From a virus, in the IMG/VR virus record IMGVR_UViG_3300045988_160427: a stretch of DNA of 64,000 nucleotides; one strand, 5' to 3'. Shown here piece after piece: positions 8,158-17,683 of this stretch; positions within the stretch are counted from its first letter, which is position 1; the number at the start of each line of letters is the position of its first letter. A program made the position numbers and the translations under genes. Below the pieces are notes generated by a model, which saw only the letters and a program-made list of their open reading frames with translations, was not told where the DNA came from and did no database searches.

Positions 8158-9048
8158 ATGGCCACAAAAAAGATAAAATTATTAGATAATTATTGTGTTT
8201 ATTGTGGGAGAGAACATGCGGTTGAAGATTTTTATAAATCTTTTAATCCTTATCATACTAGTGGATATATTCCATATTGTAAAGAAAGCGCGAGAAAAAT
8301 TTATGATAATTATTTGGTGAAAACAGGTAATGTTGAATCTGCTTTATGGTATACATGTTCTGAAATTGGAATACCATTTATAACAAAAGTATATAAAGCT
8401 GTATTAGAAAGAGTGAAAAACTTAGGTCCTGGAAAAGATTATAATTATATAGGAATTTATATTACTTTTCTACACAGATTAAAAACTAAAGTGGATAAAT
8501 GGGATACTTTTTATAGAACCGATGTTTCTTTAGACCAAGTATCTAGTGTTTCTAAAAGTGAAGAAGCAATAAACAAAGAAACACAAAGACTGGAATTAGA
8601 TTGGGGAAAACAAACTGTAGAAGATTACCAATTTTTGGAATATAGATGGGATGTATATATGGAACGTTTCAAAGATGTAGAGGTTCCTCCCGCGCAAGAG
8701 ACTTTATATAGACAATTATGTTTGGTTGAATTACGTAAAAGAAAAAAAGAGGAAAAAGAAGAATTAACAGATAAAGAGCAATCTATGATATTAAATTTGA
8801 TGAAAATATTAAAAATAGATAATTTTTCCAATAATGATGAAAAAACATTAGTTGAATCTCTTTTAGAGAGACAAATTTGGGAACAGGAAAATACTGATCC
8901 TTGTGAAATAGTTGATAAAGAAAAATATAGAGATTATTGCGACATAGAAAAAAAATGGGGAAAAAATATTTTAAGAGCTGTAAAAAATTTATTGGTAGGA
9001 AATCGAGAATATCCTTCTATTACAGAGATGGAAGATGAAAAACAATGA
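8158..9048 (+). CDS. hypothetical protein with N-terminal Cys4 (CVYCG...YCKE); position fits a small terminase subunit/DNA-recognition protein
   Basis: Immediately upstream of and overlapping the large terminase start. No recognisable motif beyond the zinc-finger-like cysteines. Confidence 0.3.
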   Translation: MATKKIKLLDNYCVYCGREHAVEDFYKSFNPYHTSGYIPYCKESARKIYDNYLVKTGNVESALWYTCSEIGIPFITKVYKAVLERVKNLGPGKDYNYIGIYITFLHRLKTKVDKWDTFYRTDVSLDQVSSVSKSEEAINKETQRLELDWGKQTVEDYQFLEYRWDVYMERFKDVEVPPAQETLYRQLCLVELRKRKKEEKEELTDKEQSMILNLMKILKIDNFSNNDEKTLVESLLERQIWEQENTDPCEIVDKEKYRDYCDIEKKWGKNILRAVKNLLVGNREYPSITEMEDEKQ

Positions 9049-10292
9049 ATTTAAGTGGGATAATTAATGAAAGATTAAGGAAAAGAAATAAGAAAACTAA
9101 AATTTTATCTGAGCAAGAAAAGAAAGAAAATATTATTAAATGGGCAACATTTTATAGAAGAAATATGAACATATATGCAGAAAGAAGATTGGGTATCAGA
9201 TTGCATCCATTTCAACATATTATGATTTATTTGATGAGTATTAGTCAAACTTTTTTTGCGATTTGTACTCGTGGTATATCTAAAACTTTTATAGTTGGAT
9301 TGTTTGCTGTGTGTGAAAGTATGCTTTACCCATATAGCGAAGTTGTAATTACTGCGACCACGATACCACAAGGTGCGGTTATGGTTAAAAATAAAATAGA
9401 AAACGAAATTGTGAAAAAGCTTTCACCTTTGTTACTGTATTTATATGAAAATAATCAAATAAAATTTTCTTATAATGACAATGAGATTAAAGTTGAATTT
9501 CTTTTTAATGGTTCTATTATTAGAGTGTTGCCGAGCGGAGATCAATCTCGTGGTTATCGTGCTACCGTTTTAATTTATGAAGAATGTAGATTATTAAAGA
9601 AAAATATGGTAGACTCAGTTTTTTCTCCCATGTCGCATCCAAGACAGGCTAAATTTATGACAAGAGAAAAATATGCGGGAGATAAAAGATGGCAAGAAGA
9701 AACTATATCTATTTATATTACATCCGCTAGAATGAAATCAGAGTGGTTTTGGACAACATTCAAAGAAGTTGTCCAAAAATGTTATAATAGCAAAAGGATA
9801 GTTGAAAATTTCTTTGCGGCAGATATTTATACAGCTATTGAATATGGTTTAAAAACGAAAGCTGATTTTGAAAAATCTAAGTCTCAAATGAGTGAACTAG
9901 ATTTTAGAATGGAAATATTAAATGAAATGATAGGGGAAGCAGAAAATGCTTTTTTTACATTAGAAATGTTTCGCAATAATCAGGTTTTAACAGTTCCTTT
10001 TGTTCCTCCTAATGTTAGGGATATATTAGGAGGGGAAGATGATTATATAAAAGAAAAAGCAATTAATGAATATAGGTTGCTTTTTATAGATTTTGCTTTC
10101 GCTAATACGACAACCAATCAAGAAAACGACAATAGCATTTTAGGGTGTATGTCTTTATTTTATAAAAATAAGAAAATTTATAGAAATGTTGATTATATTA
10201 CAACACACCCTGCAAGTGATAGCCCAGGGATGGAGAAAAAAATTAGAGAATTTTATTGGGATTACAATGCTGACTTTATCGTGATGGATTAA
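9045..10292 (+). CDS. terL: terminase large subunit, exon 1 (ATPase domain plus start of nuclease domain); ORF stop at 10290-10292 lies in the intron
   Basis: LHPFQHIMIYLM...AICTRGISKTF is a Walker A-like loop. LLFIDFAFANTTTNQENDNSI is the first Asp motif of a TerL RNaseH-like nuclease. ORF is only 415 aa and is followed by an intron. Confidence 0.8.
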   Translation: MNLSGIINERLRKRNKKTKILSEQEKKENIIKWATFYRRNMNIYAERRLGIRLHPFQHIMIYLMSISQTFFAICTRGISKTFIVGLFAVCESMLYPYSEVVITATTIPQGAVMVKNKIENEIVKKLSPLLLYLYENNQIKFSYNDNEIKVEFLFNGSIIRVLPSGDQSRGYRATVLIYEECRLLKKNMVDSVFSPMSHPRQAKFMTREKYAGDKRWQEETISIYITSARMKSEWFWTTFKEVVQKCYNSKRIVENFFAADIYTAIEYGLKTKADFEKSKSQMSELDFRMEILNEMIGEAENAFFTLEMFRNNQVLTVPFVPPNVRDILGGEDDYIKEKAINEYRLLFIDFAFANTTTNQENDNSILGCMSLFYKNKKIYRNVDYITTHPASDSPGMEKKIREFYWDYNADFIVMD

Positions 10293-11462
10293 TTAAGGTT
10301 CCTTTTTATGGTAACATAAATCGAATAACGCATTTAACTGCTGGAACACCCTTAGAGATTTATAAACTACAACGTGACAGTGAAATAATGTGAGCGTGAA
10401 TGTTAAAAATTATAAATATTGGGCAATCAGCAACCAAGCTCCGAACAGGAGAAGGCTCAACGACTATCGAAAATTCTATATGGAAGAAGTAGAGTACATC
10501 ATAAGCGATTGATGATGGAAACGGTGCGCTTTATTTTTTAATAAAGAAGATATAGTCTAACCTTATGTGAAAGCATAAGAAAAAGTGTAGCGAGCTTTTG
10601 TAATAATAATGTAGTAGTATTGCTTTGAAAAGGTGAGTGATATGAAATTATATGAAATTTTAGATGGAAAGAAAAAGGAGAAATCTTTTTCGTGTATTTA
10701 CATGTGGGAAAATTTATATAATAAGAAAAAATACATTGGACAAACTCAAAATTTTTATACCAGAATGGCACAATATTCATATAAAGGCGGCAATATTTAT
10801 TTGAATCGTGCAATAGAGAAATATGGGATAGATAATTTTGAAATTACTGTATTAGAATATGTATCTAAAGAATATTTAGATGAAAGAGAATAATATTGGC
10901 TAGATTTTTATAAATCTTATTTATTTTTAAATGGGTATAATATATGTCGCTATGCGAGTAGTACGCGCGGATATAAACATACTCAAGAAGTGAAAAATAA
11001 ATTAAGGAAGATGAAAATTGATAACCCAGTTTGTTTATGCGGAGAAAAGAATCCAATGTATGGTAAAAAGCATTCATTAGAATGGAGAAAACAACAGTCT
11101 GAAAAAATTAAAGAAAAATGGGAAAAAGATGAAGAATATAGGAATTTTTGGCACGAAAAAATGACGGGCGAAAATAATTATTTTTATGGAGTTCATTTAA
11201 CAGGTGAAAAAAATCCTATGTTTGGTAAAAAACATTCCGAACAGACGCGAAAAAAGATTTCAGATTCAAAAAAGGGTAAGTTTTATGGGAAAACAGTTAA
11301 AATACAATGTGTAGAAACAGGGAAGATATATATTAGTATTTCCCAAGCATCTAAAGAGTTGAATGTAAATATCAATGCTATATACTCAATACTGGATAAA
11401 CCTAATAGAACTTGTAAAAAATTACATTTCATCAAAGTTTAATATAAATTACTACATTTTCG
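10290..11462 (+). mobile_element. group I intron (IA-like core) interrupting terL, carrying a GIY-YIG homing endonuclease gene in its 3' (P9) extension
   Basis: P4 tgctgg 10339-10344 pairs with cagca 10428-10432. P6-like hairpin at 10439-10451. P7 gactat 10462-10467 pairs with atagtc 10552-10557, inside an S-like AAGATATAGTCTAACC. P9 hairpin cttatg-tgaaag-cataag at 10562-10579. Proposed P1 is exon GGAU with IGS GUUCC (10298-10302); P10 is CUU with AAG. Boundaries are inferred. Confidence 0.65.
10642..11442 (+). pseudogene. GIY-YIG homing endonuclease (I-TevI-like: GIY-YIG domain, NUMOD3 repeats, C-terminal HTH) interrupted by an in-frame TAA at 10891-10893
   Basis: N-part CIYMWENLYNKKKYIGQT...NRAIEKYGIDNFEITVLEYV. 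After the TAA the same frame continues YWLDFYKSYLFLNGYNI...TRGYKHTQEVKNKL, then GEKNPMYGKKHS / GEKNPMFGKKHS (NUMOD3 x2) and IYISISQASKELNVNINAIYSIL (HTH). ORFs 10633..10893 and 10990..11442 are in the same frame (both mod 3 = 1). Confidence 0.7.
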
Positions 11463-12041
11463 CTTCGCAACGGTGGAGAAGTGTTGTATAACAATTTAAC
11501 CAATCTATACAATCATCCCGAAAGAGGGAATGCATGGAACCCTCATGGGTTTACTGTATCGAATGAAATCGGAATACACGTTGTTCCTGACACTAAATTA
11601 GCAGATTTGAGAAGTCGTGCAATAGATAGAGAGGCCATTCCAGCAATTGTTCCGATTATTGGAACATCTGATTTAAATAGTATGATGTGGATGGATTTGC
11701 AGTTGCGATTGCGCAATAAAGAAATAAGATTTTTAGTTGATGAAATGGAGTATCAACAAATTTTAGAAGAAACTTCAAGATACTTTAAAATGACTTCTGA
11801 GCAACGCATAATAGAAAGATTGCCTTATATCCAAACATTACTATTGGTTAATGAAGCAATAAATCTTTCTCCTTCTTGGAAGGATGGAAAAGTTAAATTG
11901 TCTGAGCCGAGAAGTGGAATGAAAGATAGAATTGTGGCATGTTCTTATGGAAATTGGATAGGAACATTATTAGAAAATAAACTTTCAAAGGAAGATAATT
12001 ATGGAGAAATGGATATTTCTCAATATCAATTGGTTTTTTAG
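11463..12041 (+). CDS. terL: terminase large subunit, exon 2 (rest of nuclease domain); exon start is inferred, the ORF is open from 11448
   Basis: Same frame as exon 1 (9045 and 11481 both mod 3 = 0). The candidate 3' splice site 11462|11463 is set by the frame requirement (intron length mod 3 = 0), a G at 11462, and a 3-bp P10 pairing (CUU with AAG). Acidic residues (LVDEMEYQQ) are consistent with a TerL nuclease C-half. Exon 1 + exon 2 is about 608 aa. Confidence 0.6.
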   Translation, partial: LRNGGEVLYNNLTNLYNHPERGNAWNPHGFTVSNEIGIHVVPDTKLADLRSRAIDREAIPAIVPIIGTSDLNSMMWMDLQLRLRNKEIRFLVDEMEYQQILEETSRYFKMTSEQRIIERLPYIQTLLLVNEAINLSPSWKDGKVKLSEPRSGMKDRIVACSYGNWIGTLLENKLSKEDNYGEMDISQYQLVF

Positions 12042-12044
12042 GGG

Positions 12045-13634
12045 GTGAGAGAATTGAGCAATGATAATCAACCATTAACAAAAGAACAGGTTTATGATGT
12101 TCTTCAAATGGCGCAAAGTATGTATGGTGTTGGTTCTATGTATGGTATTCAGGGTGCTTATACGCCTGAATTATCTAATCAAGTTCTTTTGAATTTGAAT
12201 AACAATGCTTTAACACCAACTTATAAGAGGATATTGGAAGCATTAGCAAATTATAAAGAAAGACAACATGAAACACAAGCATTTAGCGAATTTATGGAAA
12301 AATTCGATATGATTTATGCAAGAGCGGTGGAGTATTATTCTAATTTACTTGCTTTTGATTTGCGCTATTCTTGTATAAATGCTTCTGAGAATGATTATGT
12401 TGATGGAACAGTTGAAAAAGCAAAAAGCTATGTTAATAAATTTTTAAATAGTTTTAATTATAAATCAGAATTTCAAAAAATAACCAGAGAAGTTCTTAGA
12501 CATGAAACGTGCTATGTGTGGTTTAGGTCTGATTTAGCAACAGGAGATAAGAATCCCAAATTTGCAATTCAGCTTCTACCCCAAGATAGATGCAAATTAA
12601 CAAGATATTGGGAAAATGGTTTATTATTTGATTTTGACATGACTTATTTCTTAATGCCTGGTGTTGATATAAACGGATATGACCCCGTTTTTAAAAAATA
12701 TTTCAATGAGGTATTTATAAGCGATACATTTAAAAATTATATACCTTCTAATCAGTTTAGTAAAACGGGAAATTTTGCATATTGGATACAAACAACGCCA
12801 CCAGATGGAGCATGGGTTTTTAAGCGTGATATGTCTAATTTTGTTGAAGTCCCGTTTTTGGCACCGTTTTTAAAAAATGTTATTAGGAATGATGAAATTA
12901 GAAAGTTGCAATATGATAAAGATTTTCAAAGTGCTTATGCAATTCTCGCTGGTGAAATGAGGATGTTTGATAATGCAAAATCTGGCACACAGAAAGACCA
13001 ATTTTCTGTTGACCCAGGCACATTAGGAAAATTGTTATCATTAGTAAAATCTGGATTAAATAATAATATTAAATTAGCTGCTATGCCTGTAGAAAAACTA
13101 TCGTGGTTGCAATATAAAGATGATAACCCTGATATGGTTGATACTTATTATAAAAATTCAGTAGCCCCAGCAGCTAGTGCAAGTCGTTTAATTTATTCTA
13201 CTGATAAAATGAGCAATATGGAAATTGAAAATGCTTTAATGTCAGATTATCAGGTTGTGGCAAAATTATATTTACAATTTAATATGTTTTTAAATTATTA
13301 TGTAAATAGATATTTAGCGACTAAAAGAATTAAACTACGTTTTGATTTTCGTTTTGAAGGAAGTATTTTCCCGTTTGAGAGGAAAAATAGGCAAGACCAA
13401 ATTATGGCGTTGGCAGACAAGGGCATAACCTTAAATCCTTCTGCTTTTGCAAGTGCATATGGATATACGCCTATGGAATTTGAAAACATGCTCAATGAGT
13501 CTTATTATAGTGATAGATGGAATAAATTGGTACATCTTATTTCTATTCATACCATTGGGCAAAATAAAGGTGGTAGACCCATGATAGACAATGGAGATTT
13601 AACTCCGTCAGGAGAAGCAAACAGAAATAGTTAA
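12045..13634 (+). CDS. portal protein (by position and size, 529 aa)
   Basis: Immediately follows terL. Size typical of portal proteins. No motif-level confirmation. Confidence 0.5.
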   Translation: MRELSNDNQPLTKEQVYDVLQMAQSMYGVGSMYGIQGAYTPELSNQVLLNLNNNALTPTYKRILEALANYKERQHETQAFSEFMEKFDMIYARAVEYYSNLLAFDLRYSCINASENDYVDGTVEKAKSYVNKFLNSFNYKSEFQKITREVLRHETCYVWFRSDLATGDKNPKFAIQLLPQDRCKLTRYWENGLLFDFDMTYFLMPGVDINGYDPVFKKYFNEVFISDTFKNYIPSNQFSKTGNFAYWIQTTPPDGAWVFKRDMSNFVEVPFLAPFLKNVIRNDEIRKLQYDKDFQSAYAILAGEMRMFDNAKSGTQKDQFSVDPGTLGKLLSLVKSGLNNNIKLAAMPVEKLSWLQYKDDNPDMVDTYYKNSVAPAASASRLIYSTDKMSNMEIENALMSDYQVVAKLYLQFNMFLNYYVNRYLATKRIKLRFDFRFEGSIFPFERKNRQDQIMALADKGITLNPSAFASAYGYTPMEFENMLNESYYSDRWNKLVHLISIHTIGQNKGGRPMIDNGDLTPSGEANRNS

Positions 13635-13646
13635 GGAGGTGGGTTT

Positions 13647-14171
13647 ATGTTAATTTCAAAAGAAACCAGTGATGCTTTGGATTTGTTGTATGGGCAATTT
13701 TTTGATTTAAATGCTACATTAGATGTTGTTGCTTCAACATTGCAAAATGATTTTTCTATGCCTAAAGCGGCAGACATTGTTCATCATAAAATCAGTCATT
13801 TAATGCCATTGTTAGCGGATAAAATTAGTGAAATTAAGGATAATTATAATATTCGCTCTATTCGTCCAAGTGTCCATGAAGACCGTCGGGAATATAGTGA
13901 TTTATATGTAATGTTCCAAACTGTTTTAGATGAATTTGAAAGCACTTATAAAATGATTGTTGCTGTTCAAGAGGTTTCTATTAAATCAGGAGATAAGAAT
14001 GTATTAAATGATTTACAGCGTTTTATGTGTGTTTTTAATAAGGTAATGGGACAGATTTATACCCTGCGAGATAAAGCAGAACAATTACCAAGAGATTTTG
14101 ATACTTATGATGCACATATTGATAGATGGGGCATTGTTGGAGTGGATTTAGAAAAGGAGTATGGTGATTAA
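13647..14171 (+). CDS. hypothetical head-morphogenesis-region protein
   Basis: ORF with GGAGGTG RBS between portal and protease genes. Confidence 0.4.
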   Translation: MLISKETSDALDLLYGQFFDLNATLDVVASTLQNDFSMPKAADIVHHKISHLMPLLADKISEIKDNYNIRSIRPSVHEDRREYSDLYVMFQTVLDEFESTYKMIVAVQEVSIKSGDKNVLNDLQRFMCVFNKVMGQIYTLRDKAEQLPRDFDTYDAHIDRWGIVGVDLEKEYGD

Positions 14172-14350
14172 TGATAAGAGGGACTCCTATAAATCTGGAA
14201 TTTTATATACCTGTTTCTGATATGGAAATTGGTTTTTTTTTACAACAAAATGGTTATCTTCCTTCTTATGGTGATTCAAAATATTTATATTTTGAAAAAA
14301 TCCAGGGAGTTCAAGATATATTGAATAAACTTAGGAAAGGAGGGGAGTAA
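14171..14350 (+). CDS. small hypothetical protein (59 aa)
   Basis: ATG overlaps the preceding TAA (TAATG). Ends just before the GGAGGGGAG RBS of the next gene. Confidence 0.3.
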   Translation: MIRGTPINLEFYIPVSDMEIGFFLQQNGYLPSYGDSKYLYFEKIQGVQDILNKLRKGGE

Positions 14351-14352
14351 AG

Positions 14353-15990
14353 TTGATTAAAACAATACAATCTTTTTCTATCCAAGTTATTGATAAATAC
14401 GATGGGGATGATAATGCTGAAAATGCAATTATCAGGTTAAAATTTTTAAGTGACGGTGATAATTCTCATCATTTAATTATTCCACCTAATGTATTAAAAA
14501 AATATGCCTCTACCATCTTAGGAAAATACATTGTGGCTAAATATGATAGATTTAGAGAAGATGTAAGAGGACACGAAATAGATGAAGTGATAGTTGGGTA
14601 TATTCCTCCTGATGCAAAAATCACTTTTGAAGATAGTGATAATGGTACTTTTGCTGTAGTTGATGGTGTTATTTCTAAATTATATGCTAATGATGTTTAT
14701 GAAATGTATAAAAATAATGGAAATGAAAGAGCCGTGAGTGTAGAGTTGACAGTTCAATATGAAGACGGAGACAATAGGAATCCAGTATCTAGTTTTAATA
14801 TTACAGGAGTTACCTTGTTAGGTAAGGATATTGAGCCTAGTTGTCGACTCGCTACTTCTTCTATTGTGAAATTTAGCATAGAACAGGCAACCAGAGATTA
14901 TATAAAATATCAAAAATTACATGAATTAGTGAATTTTGCAAATGATAGGAGAAAATTAATGGAGGGTAAGATTTATAAGATTGATAAATCAAAAGAATCT
15001 ATTTCTGATACTCCATGGGGAGAGGTAGACAAAACAGAATTAAGAAATAAAATTATGAAAGCATCAAATAGGGCTAGTTTGGTAAAAGACGTATACATGG
15101 ACGTTGAAGAAGGATGGGAAGATGCACCATCTGAAAAATTAAAATATCCTGTTATGGAATTAAAAGATGATACTTTTGTTTACAATCGTGGCGGTTTATC
15201 AAGCGCATTGGGGTATGCTAAAACAGAAGGAAATAAAGATGTTGTAAATAAAGTTGAATCTATTTACAAAAAATTAGACCTAGATGATGGGAAAGGCGGG
15301 GATAAAAAAATGGAAGATGCTAAAAAACTAGCTATTGAAGGACGTGAAGCATGGGGCGAAGTAATTAAGGAAGTTCAGTCTCATGAAGGCAAAAATGTCT
15401 ATGTAGATAGTATTGAAAAAGACCATATTATTTATACAAAAGATGGTGTAAGGTATCGTGTTGAAGCAGATGTCGAGGTTGGTAAAGATGACAAAACAGT
15501 AAAAGCTGATATTAAATGGGATACCATTAAGAAAGACAGAGTTCAGAAAATGCAAAAAGAAGAAATGGATGATGATATGGACGATTGTGATTGTGAAGAT
15601 ATGTCCATTGAAAAAGCCATGGAAAAGATTAAAAAATTAGAAAAAGAAATCAGAGAAAAGAAAAATATTATCATGGATATGCAGGAAGAAAACAAAACCT
15701 TGAAAGAGTTCCGCAAGACTGTAATGGAAAAAGAAAAGGTTGCTTGTGTAAATGATACCCTTGAGGAACTTAAAGATTTTGTTTCTCCTGAAGAAATGGA
15801 AGATTATCGCAAGTCTGGCCTTGCCTGTGACCCTCGAGAGATGGAAGGTTGGAAAAATATGGTAAAGGCAAAAGCATTTGAGGTAGTTAAAGACACTAAA
15901 CGCACAAAGATGAAAAAGAAAGATGGAATTATGAGTTTTTCATCTCCCGTTTCTAGCAGTTTTGGTTTTAGTGTATGGGAAAGACTTTAA
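14353..15990 (+). CDS. prohead protease-like N-terminal domain fused to acidic coiled-coil (scaffold-like) C-terminal region
   Basis: N-terminal about 190 aa carry an RGHE...IVGYIPP...RAVSVELT pattern resembling the His/Ser region of HK97/U35-type prohead proteases. C-terminal half is a Lys/Glu/Asp-rich coiled coil (KEEMDDDMDDCDCEDMSIEKAMEKIKKLEKE). Confidence 0.45.
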   Translation: MIKTIQSFSIQVIDKYDGDDNAENAIIRLKFLSDGDNSHHLIIPPNVLKKYASTILGKYIVAKYDRFREDVRGHEIDEVIVGYIPPDAKITFEDSDNGTFAVVDGVISKLYANDVYEMYKNNGNERAVSVELTVQYEDGDNRNPVSSFNITGVTLLGKDIEPSCRLATSSIVKFSIEQATRDYIKYQKLHELVNFANDRRKLMEGKIYKIDKSKESISDTPWGEVDKTELRNKIMKASNRASLVKDVYMDVEEGWEDAPSEKLKYPVMELKDDTFVYNRGGLSSALGYAKTEGNKDVVNKVESIYKKLDLDDGKGGDKKMEDAKKLAIEGREAWGEVIKEVQSHEGKNVYVDSIEKDHIIYTKDGVRYRVEADVEVGKDDKTVKADIKWDTIKKDRVQKMQKEEMDDDMDDCDCEDMSIEKAMEKIKKLEKEIREKKNIIMDMQEENKTLKEFRKTVMEKEKVACVNDTLEELKDFVSPEEMEDYRKSGLACDPREMEGWKNMVKAKAFEVVKDTKRTKMKKKDGIMSFSSPVSSSFGFSVWERL

Positions 15991-16016
15991 TATAAATAAG
16001 GAAAAGGAGAATTATT

Positions 16017-16583
16017 ATGGCAGATAAAACACATGGCGTTATTAATACAATGCACTGTACTTGTATGAATGTTGATGCTTACAAGGCAGTTGGAATTGCG
16101 ACCACGAATATCGACAATGGCGTTGCGGTTGTTTTGGGGGATATTAACAAAAACACAACTGGTGATATTGAAGGTTTTGAGTTTACGGTAACACCAGCTA
16201 CCGCGTCATCTTATAATATTTGGGTTGTAAGGACACCAGAAGTTGGGACAACTTTAAAAATGAATATCCTTGATGACCCCCGCACATTTTATAATGAAGC
16301 TGGTAAACCTATGTCTTTATGCTTTATGAATCCCAAAGTGGATGTTATTGAAGTAGATGCGAATTGTTTCGTAAGCGGTTCTGCGCCTTCTGACCAACCC
16401 ACTTATAAATTTGTAACTATTGGTGCGAATGGTAAATTTGCGGTTGCGCAAGCTGCACCTGCTTCTGGTGCTTATTTCTCTATTGTTGGCAATCACTTCT
16501 TTGATATTGGTGGAGAGCTAGTACCAAGCTATGTATTGCGTTGCGAAAAGAATTTTGAAGATAAGGAAGGAGCTGGTGCGTAA
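16017..16583 (+). CDS. hypothetical head protein (decoration/auxiliary capsid protein?)
   Basis: GC-enriched ORF directly upstream of the putative capsid gene. Confidence 0.35.
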   Translation: MADKTHGVINTMHCTCMNVDAYKAVGIATTNIDNGVAVVLGDINKNTTGDIEGFEFTVTPATASSYNIWVVRTPEVGTTLKMNILDDPRTFYNEAGKPMSLCFMNPKVDVIEVDANCFVSGSAPSDQPTYKFVTIGANGKFAVAQAAPASGAYFSIVGNHFFDIGGELVPSYVLRCEKNFEDKEGAGA

Positions 16584-17683
16584 TGAAGATGTTTTCAGAT
16601 GAAATTATGACATTTGCAAATGGCGATATTAGTTATTTTGCCGCTTTTAAAGATTATTACAATCATTATAATAAAGTTAATATGGCTCGCTCTCTTGGAG
16701 ATTATGACCCCAATTATAGTCTGGGCGAAAAATCAGAGAAAATTTCTAATGCGTTTTTCCGTGAGGTTGAAAAGCGGTCTAAGGTAGAGAGGGACGAGTT
16801 TAATAAGGATTCTTGGGCAACCAATCCAAATGTTTTTTGGGCTGCAATGTCTGTCTTAAATGCAACTATTAACTCTGTTCTACCAGCATCTATTAACCCT
16901 ACTCTTGGTTTATATACAGACCTACGCTATGTCGGATATGGAGACATTGTTAATTTTAAGATTAAACCAAGGACACTATACACTGTAAGCAAGGGCGCTC
17001 ATGGTGAACGTGTAACTTTCCGTCAAAAGAAGTATGATGGCAATTTACAGCTAATGCCTATTGAACATATTATTACTACTTATGTTGATATGTATAAAGT
17101 ATTAGCAGGTAAGGAAGATTTGGCTGAGTTTGTTCGTCTTGTTGTATATAGCATTGAGACTGAAATGAGCAAGGAAGCAACCTCTGCTCTAACAACTGGT
17201 ATGGCACAGGGTTCTTATCCTAGTGAGTTAAGCATTACTGGTGCATTTAGCGCTGAAACTCTAGTTACTCTAGCAGAAAGAGTAGAGGCGTATAACTTTG
17301 GTGCCCGTCCAATTATTGCTGGCCCTGCTACTGCGTTGATGAAAGTTCCTACTGATTCTAGCATTAATATTCATGGCATTTTCAATGCTGAAGCAGGACG
17401 AATTGGTCTGGTTAAAGACTTCTATGGATTTGACCTGCTCCGTTTACCACAGGTTGCGACTGGTAATTATAGCGATTTTGGTCTTGCTCTTGACCCTGAT
17501 ACTCTATATGTTATTAGTCCTGCTATGGATAAGCTGGTTAAGGGTGTTGTTTCTACTACATTAACAAATTCTAATCAGTTTTATGATAATGCTGATATTA
17601 CACAGAACTTTACAATGCGTAAAGACTTTGATTTTGCTTTTGTATCAGCTGCATGGGGTGGCATGTATAAAATTACTGACTAA
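16583..17683 (+). CDS. major capsid protein (putative)
   Basis: 366-aa ORF in the canonical position after protease/scaffold. Locally elevated GC (about 40%) suggests high expression. No motif confirmation. Confidence 0.5.
   Translation: MKMFSDEIMTFANGDISYFAAFKDYYNHYNKVNMARSLGDYDPNYSLGEKSEKISNAFFREVEKRSKVERDEFNKDSWATNPNVFWAAMSVLNATINSVLPASINPTLGLYTDLRYVGYGDIVNFKIKPRTLYTVSKGAHGERVTFRQKKYDGNLQLMPIEHIITTYVDMYKVLAGKEDLAEFVRLVVYSIETEMSKEATSALTTGMAQGSYPSELSITGAFSAETLVTLAERVEAYNFGARPIIAGPATALMKVPTDSSINIHGIFNAEAGRIGLVKDFYGFDLLRLPQVATGNYSDFGLALDPDTLYVISPAMDKLVKGVVSTTLTNSNQFYDNADITQNFTMRKDFDFAFVSAAWGGMYKITD

Noticed and set aside
10538-11077. Minus-strand ORFs 10538..10813 and 10865..11077
   Set aside because: They lie antisense within the intron/HEG region. 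AT-rich low-complexity translations. The plus-strand HEG reading frame has strong family signatures instead.
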